Assembly (NCBI GenBank): GCA_043821365.1
Contig: JBDRCX010000006.1
Coordinates: 544,001 to 608,000 of the forward strand
Origin: Candidatus Micrarchaeota archaeon
Lineage (GTDB): Archaea > Micrarchaeota > Micrarchaeia > Anstonellales > Bilamarchaeaceae
Reading direction: 5' to 3'
Length of the DNA stretch: 64,000 nucleotides
The first letter of the stretch is position 1. Each line of letters begins with the position of its first letter. The notes beneath the pieces are model-generated. The model saw only the letters and a list, made by a program, of their open reading frames with translations, made no database searches and was not told the origin of the DNA. Shown one piece after another: positions 36,920 through 46,711 of the stretch. The translations under genes were made by a program, and so were the position numbers.

Positions 36920-38380
36920 ATGGTTGAAGGTCTAATGGAATCTTATTTCAGAGTTAACACTCTTGTTAACCAGCAACTTTTGTCCTATAATAAATTTTTG
37001 GACACTGGGCTACAACAAGTTGTCGATAGAATTGGGAAAATTCAAACAAATGTTGAAGGTTTTGAACTTAAACTTGGTAAAGTTAGGATTGAACAACCTA
37101 GGTACTATGAAGTTAAAGGTGGATACAGGCAGGTTTTGCCTAATGAAGCAAGATTAAGGAACCTAAGTTATTCTGCACCAATTTTCCTTGAAATTATACC
37201 TGTTTTTAATGGAGTTGAAAGACCTGTTTATTCAGATGTTTTCATCGGCGAATTACCAGTTATGTTGAAATCAAAACTTTGTTATCTTTCTCAGATGAGA
37301 AAAGATGAACTTATTGAAAATGGAGAAGATCCTGATGATCCAGGAGGCTACTTTATTATTAATGGTAGTGAGCGTGTTTTGACTTCAATCGAAGACCTTG
37401 TACCAAACAAATTAATGGTCACAAAAGAAAGAAATGGAGTTGTTTCAAAAATATTCTCAACCCATTATGGTTTCAGAGCAAGATGTGTTGTTGAAAGAAA
37501 TGCAGATGGAGTCTATACTGCCGAATTCCCTTCAACCCCAACAGGAATTCCACTTCTCCAGCTTTTGAGGGTTCTAGGTCTTGAAACAAATCCACAGATT
37601 CTTTCTGCATTTACAGATGAAAAACACATTAGAAACGATGTCATTCTTAATCTTGAATCAGAACAGTCAAATAACAAAGAAGAGTCAGTTGATATGCTGA
37701 GCAGGCGTCTTTCGCCAGGCCAACCGCCTGAATTTAGATTAAATAGGATGGAAAATCTGCTTGATAATTATCTGCTTCCACATATTGGTGTGACAAAGGC
37801 AGCAAGAATTGACAAGGCAGTCTATCTTATAAGAATGGCTGAAAGAGCAACAAGAATTTCATACGGTGAATTTGCTCCTGATGATAAAGATCATTATGCA
37901 AATAAACGTGTGAAGCTTGCAGGAGACATGATGGAAGAACTTTTCAGATATGCTTTCCAATTTTTAATCAAAGATCTTGTTTATCAAGCTTCAAGAGCCG
38001 ATGCACGTGGAAGAAGATTGCAGGTGCACACTTTGATAAGACAAGATGTTATGGGTGACAGGATCAAATACGCAATGGCAACTGGAAACTGGATTGCAGG
38101 ACAAACTGGTGTTTCCCAGTTGCTTGATCGTGTCAGTTCTCTATCTACAATTTCACATTTGAGGAGAGTTATTTCTCCACTTAGTAAAAAACATCCACAC
38201 TTTAAGGCAAGAGACCTTCATGGTACACACATTGGAAAACTGTGTCCAAATGAAACTCCAGAAGGTCCAAGTTGTTCTCTTGTGAAGAACCTTTCGGTTA
38301 TGGCAGAGGTTTCTATAGGTGTCGAAGAAGAAGACATCAACAGAATTCTCAAGGCCTATGATGTAAAAGATCATGCTTAA
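36920..38380 (+). CDS. rpoB2: RNA polymerase subunit B'' (Rpo2N)
   Basis: EARLRNLSYSAP, GGYFIINGSERV, ARDLHGTHIGKLCPNETPEGP. Confidence 0.96.
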   Translation: MVEGLMESYFRVNTLVNQQLLSYNKFLDTGLQQVVDRIGKIQTNVEGFELKLGKVRIEQPRYYEVKGGYRQVLPNEARLRNLSYSAPIFLEIIPVFNGVERPVYSDVFIGELPVMLKSKLCYLSQMRKDELIENGEDPDDPGGYFIINGSERVLTSIEDLVPNKLMVTKERNGVVSKIFSTHYGFRARCVVERNADGVYTAEFPSTPTGIPLLQLLRVLGLETNPQILSAFTDEKHIRNDVILNLESEQSNNKEESVDMLSRRLSPGQPPEFRLNRMENLLDNYLLPHIGVTKAARIDKAVYLIRMAERATRISYGEFAPDDKDHYANKRVKLAGDMMEELFRYAFQFLIKDLVYQASRADARGRRLQVHTLIRQDVMGDRIKYAMATGNWIAGQTGVSQLLDRVSSLSTISHLRRVISPLSKKHPHFKARDLHGTHIGKLCPNETPEGPSCSLVKNLSVMAEVSIGVEEEDINRILKAYDVKDHA

Positions 38381-38428
38381 TCTGATGTAATTTTTATAGT
38401 TTGACTTCTGGTCAAATATAAAAATCAA

Positions 38429-40279
38429 ATGGTGATTTTTATGGTTAAAAAAAGAAAGAAAAAAACTCCAGACAAGACAACTATATTTTTGAATGGTAGG
38501 ATTGTCGGTAATCATCCAGATGGAAAAAGTCTTTCCAATCGTCTTCGTGAAAGGAGAAGGATGAATGAATTAAGTAATCAAGTAAACATCTATTACAATA
38601 ACAAACTAAATGAGCTTCACATACTCACTGATAAGGGGAGAGTAAGAAGACCATACATAGTAGTTGAAAACGGAAAGTCAAGACTTACAAGCGAAATACT
38701 CATAAGAATAAAAAACAATGAACTCAATTGGAATCATCTCGTGAAAATGGGCATCATAGAATACTTAGATGCACAAGAAGAAGAAAATTCTTTAATTGCA
38801 ATAAATGAAGCAGATATTACTTCAGACCATACTCATCTTGAAGTTGATCCATCAAATATCTTTGGTGTTGTTGCAGGTGTACTACCATTTTCTGAGCATA
38901 ATTCTTCACCAAGAATTACCATGGCCTGTGCTATGGCTAAACAATCACTTGGTATTTACGCAACTAACTTCGGTGCAAGGTATGATACTAGAGCATACAT
39001 CATGTATTACCCACAACAACCTCTTGTCCAAACAAGCATTTACAAAGCTTTGAATTTGAAAAACAAAGCTGCTGGGCAAAACTGCGTTGTTGCACTTACA
39101 AGCTATCATGGATACAATATGGCAGATGCAATTGTTGTTAATCGTTCATCTATAGACAGGGGTCTCCATAGGGTTACTATGTTTAAGACATATGAAACCG
39201 AAGAAAGAATGTATCCAGGTGGACAAAAAGATAAAATTGAACTTCCAACTCCAGAAGTTGTAGGGTATAGGGGAGAGGAAGCTTACAGATATCTTGGTGA
39301 AGATGGAATCATAATGCCAGAGAGCGAAGTTGGTGGTAAAGATGTTCTTGTTGGAAAAACATCACCTCCAAGATTCCTTGAAGAAATTTCTGTTTTCGGT
39401 GCAGTTGAAGAAAAGAAAAGAGAAAGTTCACTTTCATTAAAAAGCGGTGAAAAAGGAAAAGTAGATTCAGTTATGGTAACTGAAGGACCAAGCGGAAACA
39501 GACTTGTAAAAGTTCGTGTAAGGTCAGTAAAAGTACCAGAGACTGGAGATAAATTAGCATCACGACATGGTCAGAAAGGTGTTATTGGATTACTTGTTCC
39601 ACAGCAGGACATGCCATTTACAAAAAGCGGTATTGTTCCTGATCTTGTTGTTAATCCACACGCAATTCCTTCGAGAATGACTGCAGGTCACCTTCTAGAA
39701 ACCCTAGGAGGTAAGGCAGGTTCACTTGGTGGTATGCTTATGGACGGAACTGCATTTGCTGGAAACACAGAAGAACAATTCCAAGATATCTTAAAGAAAA
39801 ACGGATTTGAGGAAAGTGGGGAAGAAATTCTTTACGATGGTTTAACCGGGAAACAAGTCAAAGCAAAAATTTTCATAGGAAATATTTACTATCAAAGATT
39901 GCATCATCTTGTTTCAAATAAGATGCATGTTAGAAGCAGAGGTCCGGTACAATTACTTACTCACCAGCCAACCGAAGGTCGTGCACGTGAAGGTGGTCTT
40001 AGGTTCGGAGAGATGGAACGTGATTGTCTTATTGGTTACGGTGCCAGCATGCTTATTCGTGAAAGACTTTTGGAAGAAAGTGACAAAACATTACAGTTAG
40101 TTTGTACCGATTGCGGTTCCATTGCAACTCATGATTATGCAAGAAATCGTGATGTTTGTCCAATCTGTCAAGGAGAGAATGTTGAACCAGTGGAAATCAG
40201 TTATGCATTCAAACTATTACTTGATGAGATTAAATCTCTGTATATTTTCCCAAGAATAATTCTCAAGGATAAGGGTTAA
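38429..40279 (+). CDS. rpoB1: RNA polymerase subunit B' (Rpo2C)
   Basis: GDKLASRHGQKG, HAIPSRMT, GGLRFGEMERD. Confidence 0.97.
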   Translation: MVIFMVKKRKKKTPDKTTIFLNGRIVGNHPDGKSLSNRLRERRRMNELSNQVNIYYNNKLNELHILTDKGRVRRPYIVVENGKSRLTSEILIRIKNNELNWNHLVKMGIIEYLDAQEEENSLIAINEADITSDHTHLEVDPSNIFGVVAGVLPFSEHNSSPRITMACAMAKQSLGIYATNFGARYDTRAYIMYYPQQPLVQTSIYKALNLKNKAAGQNCVVALTSYHGYNMADAIVVNRSSIDRGLHRVTMFKTYETEERMYPGGQKDKIELPTPEVVGYRGEEAYRYLGEDGIIMPESEVGGKDVLVGKTSPPRFLEEISVFGAVEEKKRESSLSLKSGEKGKVDSVMVTEGPSGNRLVKVRVRSVKVPETGDKLASRHGQKGVIGLLVPQQDMPFTKSGIVPDLVVNPHAIPSRMTAGHLLETLGGKAGSLGGMLMDGTAFAGNTEEQFQDILKKNGFEESGEEILYDGLTGKQVKAKIFIGNIYYQRLHHLVSNKMHVRSRGPVQLLTHQPTEGRAREGGLRFGEMERDCLIGYGASMLIRERLLEESDKTLQLVCTDCGSIATHDYARNRDVCPICQGENVEPVEISYAFKLLLDEIKSLYIFPRIILKDKG

Positions 40280-40292
40280 GGGGTGTACTCAT

Positions 40293-43007
40293 ATGGTTGA
40301 AGTTCAAAAAGTTCTTGATAAATTGAAATTTTCTTTGTTTTCTCCAGAAATGATAAGAAAAATGTCTGCTGCAAAAATAGTTGTACCAGATACATATGAT
40401 GATGATGGTTATCCTATTGATGGTGGACTTGTTGACACCAGACTTGGGGTTGTTGATCCTGGTCTAAGATGCAAAACATGCGGTGGTACTGTTAAGGAGT
40501 GCCCTGGTCATTTTGGCCACATAGATCTTGTCCGTCCAGTTCTTCATGTTGAATTTGCAAAACATGTTTATTATGTATTAAAGTCAACTTGTGGAAGTTG
40601 CCACAAAATACTTTCTCAAAAACCAGTGAAGGAAATTTCTGAACTTGAAAAAACAGTCGATACTCTTGGTGAAGATGAAAAACCAATTGTAAAAACAACC
40701 TCAAAACAAGTTGATAAACCAGAAGAAGATGAAAAACCAATTGTAAAAACAACCTCAAAACCAAAACAAGTCAGTGATGATATACCGTCCTTGCTTGATG
40801 TTGCACAAAACAAAGTAACTGATTCAACAGAAGCTGCACAAAATGTCGATGCATCTACAAAAAAGAAGAAAGATAAAAGTTCAAAGCTGTGTCCACATTG
40901 TGGTTCTGAATTACCTGAAATAAAATTCATGAAGCCAACTACTATCTACAAAGACAAGGATATGATGTTACCAACAGATATTCGTGATTGGCTTTCAGGA
41001 ATAAATGATGGTGATCTTCGTGAACTTGGTTTTGATCCACTTTATTCAAGGCCAGAATGGATGATAACAACTGCACTTCCAACTCCTCCAGTTAATGTAA
41101 GACCTTCAATTACACTTGAAACTGGTGAAAGAAGTGAAGATGATCTTACTCACAAATTAGTTGATGTCATAAGAATCAATCAAAAGCTTGATGCGAATAT
41201 AAATGCAGGTGCACCACAACTTATTATCGAAGATCTTTGGGAACTTTTACAATACCACGTAACAACATATTTTGATAATGAAACTGCAAATATCCCTCCA
41301 GCAAGACACAGAAGTGGTAGGCCACTAAAAACACTAGCTCAGAGACTCAAAGGAAAAGAAGGCCGTTTCAGATACAATCTATCAGGTAAACGTGTTAATT
41401 TCTCAGCCAGAACTGTTGTTTCTCCTGATCCAAGAATTGATCTTGATGAAGTTGGTGTTCCACAACTTATTGCCGAAGAACTTACAATTCCTATGAAAGT
41501 AACTGAATGGAATTTACCTTATTGTAAGGAACTTATATTGAGGGCAGAGTATCCAAAAGCAATCTACATAATAAGAAGCGATGGAAGAAGGATCAAAGTT
41601 GGCGATACTGAAGAAATGAAAAAGGAACAAATAGAGACTGTTAAAGTAGGCTATACAATAGAACGCCATATTATGGATGGGGATATTGCTCTATTCAATA
41701 GACAGCCTTCCCTTCACAGAATCTCCATGATGGCACATGAAATTAAAGTTCTTCCAGGCAAAACATTCAGGCTTAATCCAGTAACTGTCTCACCATATAA
41801 TGCAGACTTTGATGGAGATGAAATGAATCTTCATATTATGCAAACTGAAGAAGCACAGGCAGAAGCAAGACATCTTGCAAAAGTCGAGGGCCAGCTTCTT
41901 TCTCCAAGACATGGGCATGCAATTATTAAGCCACAAGAAGACCATGTTTCTGGTCTTTATTTCTTAACCAAAGATGAGACTGTGTTCACAAAATCTGAAG
42001 CAGCAAGTTTGCTCTACTTAATAGGAATAACAGATCTTCCCGAACCAGATAGAAAAGGAAAATATTCTGGGAAACTTCTTTTTTCAACACTTCTACCTGA
42101 TGATACAAACCTTAAGGTAATATCAAAACTTGGTGAAGAAATTATCATAAGAAAAGGGAAGCTATTGAAAGGCGCTGTTGAGAGTAAGGCTATGGAAGGC
42201 GAACTACTGGAGAATATGTTTGTTACTCATGGACCTGAATTCACAAGAGATTTTATTGATAAATCATGTAGGCTCGCACTAGAAGCACTAGCCTATCACG
42301 GTCTTAGTGTGTCATTGAAAGATTATACTTTATCAAAGAAAGGTGAAGATAAAGTCAAGGAAATCACTGACAAAATGAATCGTGAAATCGATAATTTGAT
42401 TATGCAATATAAGAACAGATCACTTGAACGTGCTCCAGGTATGAGTCTTAAAGAAACATTGGAAGGACTTATAATGGAAATTACAAGCAAAACACGTGAG
42501 GATGTTGGAAAACTAGTGGAAATAGATCTTGGTATTGATAATCCATCTGTAATCATGGCTAAGATAGGTGCACGTGGTAGCTTACTTAATGCCATTCAGA
42601 TGTCTGCACTTGTTGCACAACAGACTGTTAGAAGTAAAAGAATCACACGTGGCTACAGAAGAAGGATACTACCATACTTCAAGGAAGGTGCAGTTACTGG
42701 TCCAGAGAAAGGATTTGTTTATTCTTCATTCCATAGAGGGCTTACACCATATGAATTCATGAACCATGCTATGGGTGGCCGTGAAGCTTTAGTTAATACT
42801 GCAATCAGAACAGCAAGATCTGGTTACATGCAACGTAGATTGATAAATGCACTTCAAGATCTTGTTGTCTCAGATGATTTGACTGTAAGGAACGCAGATA
42901 TGAGTGTCATCCAGTTTATTTACGGTGGAGATGGAAAGGACCCAATGTTCTCATCAACTGCAGAGGTTGGAGGAGAAGCAAAACAGGATGATATTGATAC
43001 TGCATAA
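40293..43007 (+). CDS. rpoA1: RNA polymerase subunit A' (Rpo1N)
   Basis: CKTCG..CPGHFGH, catalytic YNADFDGDEMN, TARSGYMQRRL. Confidence 0.97.
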   Translation: MVEVQKVLDKLKFSLFSPEMIRKMSAAKIVVPDTYDDDGYPIDGGLVDTRLGVVDPGLRCKTCGGTVKECPGHFGHIDLVRPVLHVEFAKHVYYVLKSTCGSCHKILSQKPVKEISELEKTVDTLGEDEKPIVKTTSKQVDKPEEDEKPIVKTTSKPKQVSDDIPSLLDVAQNKVTDSTEAAQNVDASTKKKKDKSSKLCPHCGSELPEIKFMKPTTIYKDKDMMLPTDIRDWLSGINDGDLRELGFDPLYSRPEWMITTALPTPPVNVRPSITLETGERSEDDLTHKLVDVIRINQKLDANINAGAPQLIIEDLWELLQYHVTTYFDNETANIPPARHRSGRPLKTLAQRLKGKEGRFRYNLSGKRVNFSARTVVSPDPRIDLDEVGVPQLIAEELTIPMKVTEWNLPYCKELILRAEYPKAIYIIRSDGRRIKVGDTEEMKKEQIETVKVGYTIERHIMDGDIALFNRQPSLHRISMMAHEIKVLPGKTFRLNPVTVSPYNADFDGDEMNLHIMQTEEAQAEARHLAKVEGQLLSPRHGHAIIKPQEDHVSGLYFLTKDETVFTKSEAASLLYLIGITDLPEPDRKGKYSGKLLFSTLLPDDTNLKVISKLGEEIIIRKGKLLKGAVESKAMEGELLENMFVTHGPEFTRDFIDKSCRLALEALAYHGLSVSLKDYTLSKKGEDKVKEITDKMNREIDNLIMQYKNRSLERAPGMSLKETLEGLIMEITSKTREDVGKLVEIDLGIDNPSVIMAKIGARGSLLNAIQMSALVAQQTVRSKRITRGYRRRILPYFKEGAVTGPEKGFVYSSFHRGLTPYEFMNHAMGGREALVNTAIRTARSGYMQRRLINALQDLVVSDDLTVRNADMSVIQFIYGGDGKDPMFSSTAEVGGEAKQDDIDTA
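40671..40761. repeat. 37-bp direct repeat (40671-40707 and 40725-40761) inside rpoA1
   Basis: gaagatgaaaaaccaattgtaaaaacaacctcaaaac twice, encoding EDEKPIVKTTSK. Confidence 0.9.
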
Positions 43008-43063
43008 GGTGAATATATGAACGTCGATACGTTCATAATTAACCTTTATATTTGAAGGTGATC

Positions 43064-44110
43064 ATGATGAAATCAAACAAAAAACAAACAGTAAAGATCC
43101 CGGCATACGAAGCCGTTGGTGTTGTTTGTGCTCAAAGCATCGGTGAACCAGGTACGCAGATGACGATGCGTACCTTCCACTATGCAGGTGTTGCAGAACA
43201 CGTACCAACTGGTTTGCCAAGACTTATTGAAATTGTGGATGCTAAAAAAGAACCAAAAAAAGCAATTATTGATGTCTATTTGAAATCTTCATATGCAAGA
43301 AGTCGTGGTGATGCAGAAAAGGTTGCAAAAGAACTTGCAAGTGTCTTTGTTTCTGATGTTGCAGATGTTGAAGATGATCTTGAAAACCTTGTAATAAAAG
43401 TAACCTATAATGAAAAAGATGGCAAATCTCAAAGTATAACTTTCAATATGGTCAAAAAAGCATTCGAATCATTTCAAGGAACTATGAAGGTTGATGATTC
43501 AACAATTACACTTAAACCAGCACATGATGATGGTAAAGATAAGAAGAAAGAAAAAAAGATCACTGCAAAATCAGTTAGAAAACTTACTCAGAAAGTTCGC
43601 GAGACAATAGTTAGAGGGGTAAAAGGAATTCACAAAGCAGTTGTAATAAAAGGAGAAAATGAATATTTCATACGCGCAGGTGGATTTAATGTCATTGGGG
43701 CATCAGAAAACCCATCAGTTGACCCAAAGAGAATTTACACCAATAATATTAAAGAAATTGAAAGGATTTATGGTATTGAAGCTGCAAGAAATGCAATCGT
43801 ACGTGAGATCAAAGAAGTTATGAATATGCAGAAACTATATGTTGATATTAGGCATATAATGTTGATTGCAGATGCAATGACTCATTCAGGTTATGTCAAA
43901 TCAATTGGAAGGCATGGTCTATCTGGTGAAAAAGTAGGTGTTCTTGGAAGAGCAGCTTTCGAAGAAACCATAAAACATTTGATAAATGCAAGTGCATTCT
44001 CTGAAGAAGAGAAATTAATTGGTGTGACAGAAAATATCATTGTTGGTCAGACTGTTCCAGTTGGTACTGGCAAGATAAAACTTGTTATGAAACACACTAA
44101 GAAAAGGTGA
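43064..44110 (+). CDS. rpoA2: RNA polymerase subunit A'' (Rpo1C)
   Basis: [39 protein letters not shown]. Confidence 0.96.
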   Translation: MMKSNKKQTVKIPAYEAVGVVCAQSIGEPGTQMTMRTFHYAGVAEHVPTGLPRLIEIVDAKKEPKKAIIDVYLKSSYARSRGDAEKVAKELASVFVSDVADVEDDLENLVIKVTYNEKDGKSQSITFNMVKKAFESFQGTMKVDDSTITLKPAHDDGKDKKKEKKITAKSVRKLTQKVRETIVRGVKGIHKAVVIKGENEYFIRAGGFNVIGASENPSVDPKRIYTNNIKEIERIYGIEAARNAIVREIKEVMNMQKLYVDIRHIMLIADAMTHSGYVKSIGRHGLSGEKVGVLGRAAFEETIKHLINASAFSEEEKLIGVTENIIVGQTVPVGTGKIKLVMKHTKKR

Positions 44111-44115
44111 TTTTA

Positions 44116-44517
44116 ATGACTGAAGAAGTTCAAGAAGAAGTTAACGAAGAAGTTGAAGAAAAAGTTAAGAAAGTAAAAACTAAAAAAGTAGTTCGAAGAA
44201 GAAAAACAAAGAAAGAAAGAGAGAATCCGCTCACAGTGGCAATAAGACTTGCAGTTGAAAGTGGTTCAGTTGAATTTGGTGCACGCGCAGGTCTATCTGA
44301 AAGTGGAGGCAAAGCAAAACTCTTTGTAATGGCAGATAATCTTCCAGATGTTCTAAAAAACAAGGTTGAAACATTTGCTAAAACTTCAAAAATACCATTA
44401 ATAGTTTTTGATGGAAGTAGCATGGAACTTGGTTCAGTTTGTGGTAAACCATTTCCGATATCAGTACTATCTGTTTACAAGGAGGGTTCTTCAAACATCC
44501 TTGATCTAGCAAAATAA
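44116..44517 (+). CDS. rpl30e: 50S ribosomal protein L30e with charged N-terminal extension
   Basis: AIRLAVESGSVEFG..FDGSSMELGSVCGKPFPIS..GSSNIL; conserved position after rpoA2. Confidence 0.9.
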   Translation: MTEEVQEEVNEEVEEKVKKVKTKKVVRRRKTKKERENPLTVAIRLAVESGSVEFGARAGLSESGGKAKLFVMADNLPDVLKNKVETFAKTSKIPLIVFDGSSMELGSVCGKPFPISVLSVYKEGSSNILDLAK

Positions 44518-44611
44518 TTTTTATTATTTATTTTTATGAGGGTTTTCATGATATTTTTTTTACATATGATGGGGATGGAAAACCCCAAGAAGGAAGATGT
44601 TGAGGGTTTTC

Positions 44612-45046
44612 ATGGTTGAATTAACTGAAGATGATCTGAATATATTCTCTAATTTTGAGAAAATTACTCACGTTATGCCATCTGATTATTTAACTACTGA
44701 ATCATCAGTCCTCTTTTTAGTTGGTCCTGAAGTTTTAGGTAAAGCAATTGGTAAAAATGCCTCAAACATCAAAAGACTCAGCGAAGTTTTTAGAAAACGT
44801 GTAATTGTGATTGCAGATAACCCAGACCTTGAACTTTTCATCAGAAGTTTCTTTGGAAATATAAAAATCTATGATATAGAAATCCGTGATGTTATGGGCG
44901 AGAGGGCTGTTATGCTTACCATCGAGGAAAAAGATAGGGGCATAGCAATTGGTCGCGATGGTGAGAGAATTAAAGCTGCCAAAGCTCTGTTAAAGAAGAA
45001 ATTCAATGCAACTGTGCATGTAAGAACAAGAAGAACTGCTATCTAA
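44612..45046 (+). CDS. nusA: Archaeal NusA (KH domains)
   Basis: GKAIGKNASNIK..RGIAIGRDGERIK; conserved position after L30e. Confidence 0.92.
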   Translation: MVELTEDDLNIFSNFEKITHVMPSDYLTTESSVLFLVGPEVLGKAIGKNASNIKRLSEVFRKRVIVIADNPDLELFIRSFFGNIKIYDIEIRDVMGERAVMLTIEEKDRGIAIGRDGERIKAAKALLKKKFNATVHVRTRRTAI

Positions 45047-45084
45047 TTCACAAAAAATATATTGTTTATTGTACTACTAATGTC

Positions 45085-45930
45085 ATGGACATTCTAATAA
45101 TTGGTGGTTCAAGATTCGTAGGTCCTTTTCTAGTTAAACTATTGGTTGAAAAAAAACATAATGTAACACTTTTCAATCGTGGATTAATCCAATCTGATTA
45201 CGATCAAGTACTATTTATCAAAGGCGATAGGAATGGAGGGTTTCAGATAGATCAAAAATTCCAGGTTGTAATAGATATGTGCGCCTATGATGGTATGCAA
45301 ACAAAAACTGCTCTAACCCAACTTGATTTTGATTTTTTTATTCATTTTGGGACTGCCGCTGCTTATAGAAAATCAAATTTCATATTAACTGAAGAGTCAC
45401 CTCTTGGTGATTGGCCACTTTGGGGGGAGTATAATAGGGGTAAAGTAGAATGTGAAAATGTTCTCGCAGCAGGCAATATTAATTTTGCATCGATTCGTCC
45501 AGTCTACATTCTTGGTCCAAAGAATTATTCTGATCGGGAACATTTTATTTATAATAAAATTAGATCATCAGAGCCATTGATCTTACCAGGTGATGGGAAT
45601 GCAACGGTTCAGTTTGTCTTTGCCAATGACGTGGCAAATTGTATGGCTCTTTTGGCTGAGAAAAGGGCAAAAGGATGTTTCAATTGTGTTGGTGATGAAA
45701 AGATCACATTAAGAAATTTAGTGAATGGAATGGGCAAAATTGTTGGAAAAAAACCAATACTAAAATTCAATCCAGACAATGACGGGGAAAATTTTGATAG
45801 ATCCGAATTTCCATTTGCCAATGAAAATTTTATATGTAGTAATGCCAAATTCAAATCATTTGGCGTGAATTTCACCCCGTTGTTCAAAGGTCTCAAAGAA
45901 GATTATGAAAATTACTATTCCAAACTTTAG
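45085..45930 (+). CDS. NAD-dependent epimerase/dehydratase family protein
   Basis: ILIIGGSRFVG..TLFNRG..YNRGKVECE..IRPVYILGP. Confidence 0.88.
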   Translation: MDILIIGGSRFVGPFLVKLLVEKKHNVTLFNRGLIQSDYDQVLFIKGDRNGGFQIDQKFQVVIDMCAYDGMQTKTALTQLDFDFFIHFGTAAAYRKSNFILTEESPLGDWPLWGEYNRGKVECENVLAAGNINFASIRPVYILGPKNYSDREHFIYNKIRSSEPLILPGDGNATVQFVFANDVANCMALLAEKRAKGCFNCVGDEKITLRNLVNGMGKIVGKKPILKFNPDNDGENFDRSEFPFANENFICSNAKFKSFGVNFTPLFKGLKEDYENYYSKL

Positions 45931-46649
45931 TCTTTTTCAAAAACAGAAAGTGAAATCTCAGTTATTACTATTTTCTTATTCTCTATTACTTCGTATACAT
46001 CTGTTCCTCTTTCTACTTTTTTCAAAACACCATTTATCCAAAAATACGGATTTCCATAAGGATCTGTTCGTTTTTCTATATTCACACTAAACCTATCTCT
46101 CTGCATTTTTTGCATATAAACAATTTCCGCATCCTCTGGTTCTAGTGGCAAATTCACGTTAAAAAATTTGTCAGGTTTTAGTTTTGGTTTTAATTCTTTA
46201 ATTAGGTCTTCAACAAGGTTTGCTATCTTTTCTTTATCCCCCCAATTTCCCTTACCCCAATCTCTCTTTTCTTTTGCCATTGAAAAAGCTATCGCAGGTA
46301 TGCCCTCAAGTGCCGCCTGCCAGCATGCGGCAACTGTTCCTGATCCAAGCAAACAATCTATTCCAGCATTGTCCCCCCAATTTATCCCAGACAAAACCAT
46401 ATCTGGTTTTTTGAATTCATCTGAAAAAATCGAGAAAAGAACACAATCAGACGGAGTACCATTTATTGAATGGATATTTTTTTCTATTTTATGAAGCCGT
46501 ATTGGTTTATGCATTGTCAATGCTCCTGAAACTGCACTTCTCTGTCTATTTGGAATTATAGCATATGATTTGTCAAATTTTTCAGCAACCCTAAGAAGTA
46601 TCCTCAAACCTTCAGAGTCACCATCATCATTAGTAACAAGAATCGTCAT
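45927..46649 (-). CDS. surE: 5'/3'-nucleotidase SurE
   Basis: ILVTNDDG, GTPSDCV, LSGINWGDN, SGTVAA. Confidence 0.93.
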   Translation of the reverse strand: MTILVTNDDGDSEGLRILLRVAEKFDKSYAIIPNRQRSAVSGALTMHKPIRLHKIEKNIHSINGTPSDCVLFSIFSDEFKKPDMVLSGINWGDNAGIDCLLGSGTVAACWQAALEGIPAIAFSMAKEKRDWGKGNWGDKEKIANLVEDLIKELKPKLKPDKFFNVNLPLEPEDAEIVYMQKMQRDRFSVNIEKRTDPYGNPYFWINGVLKKVERGTDVYEVIENKKIVITEISLSVFEKD

Positions 46650-46711
46650 GTATCAATTTGAACAATTAAATTAAAAACATTGTATGTGTTTCATTGTTAA
46701 GGTGTTTTTAT

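Noticed and set aside
40590-40900. Possible intein in Rpo1N
   Set aside because: It is too short, lacks a C/S...HN-C/S/T splice signature and is low complexity.
36920-44110. Split rpoB and rpoA as possible pseudogenisation
   Set aside because: The B''/B' and A'/A'' splits are normal in many archaeal lineages and all catalytic motifs are intact.
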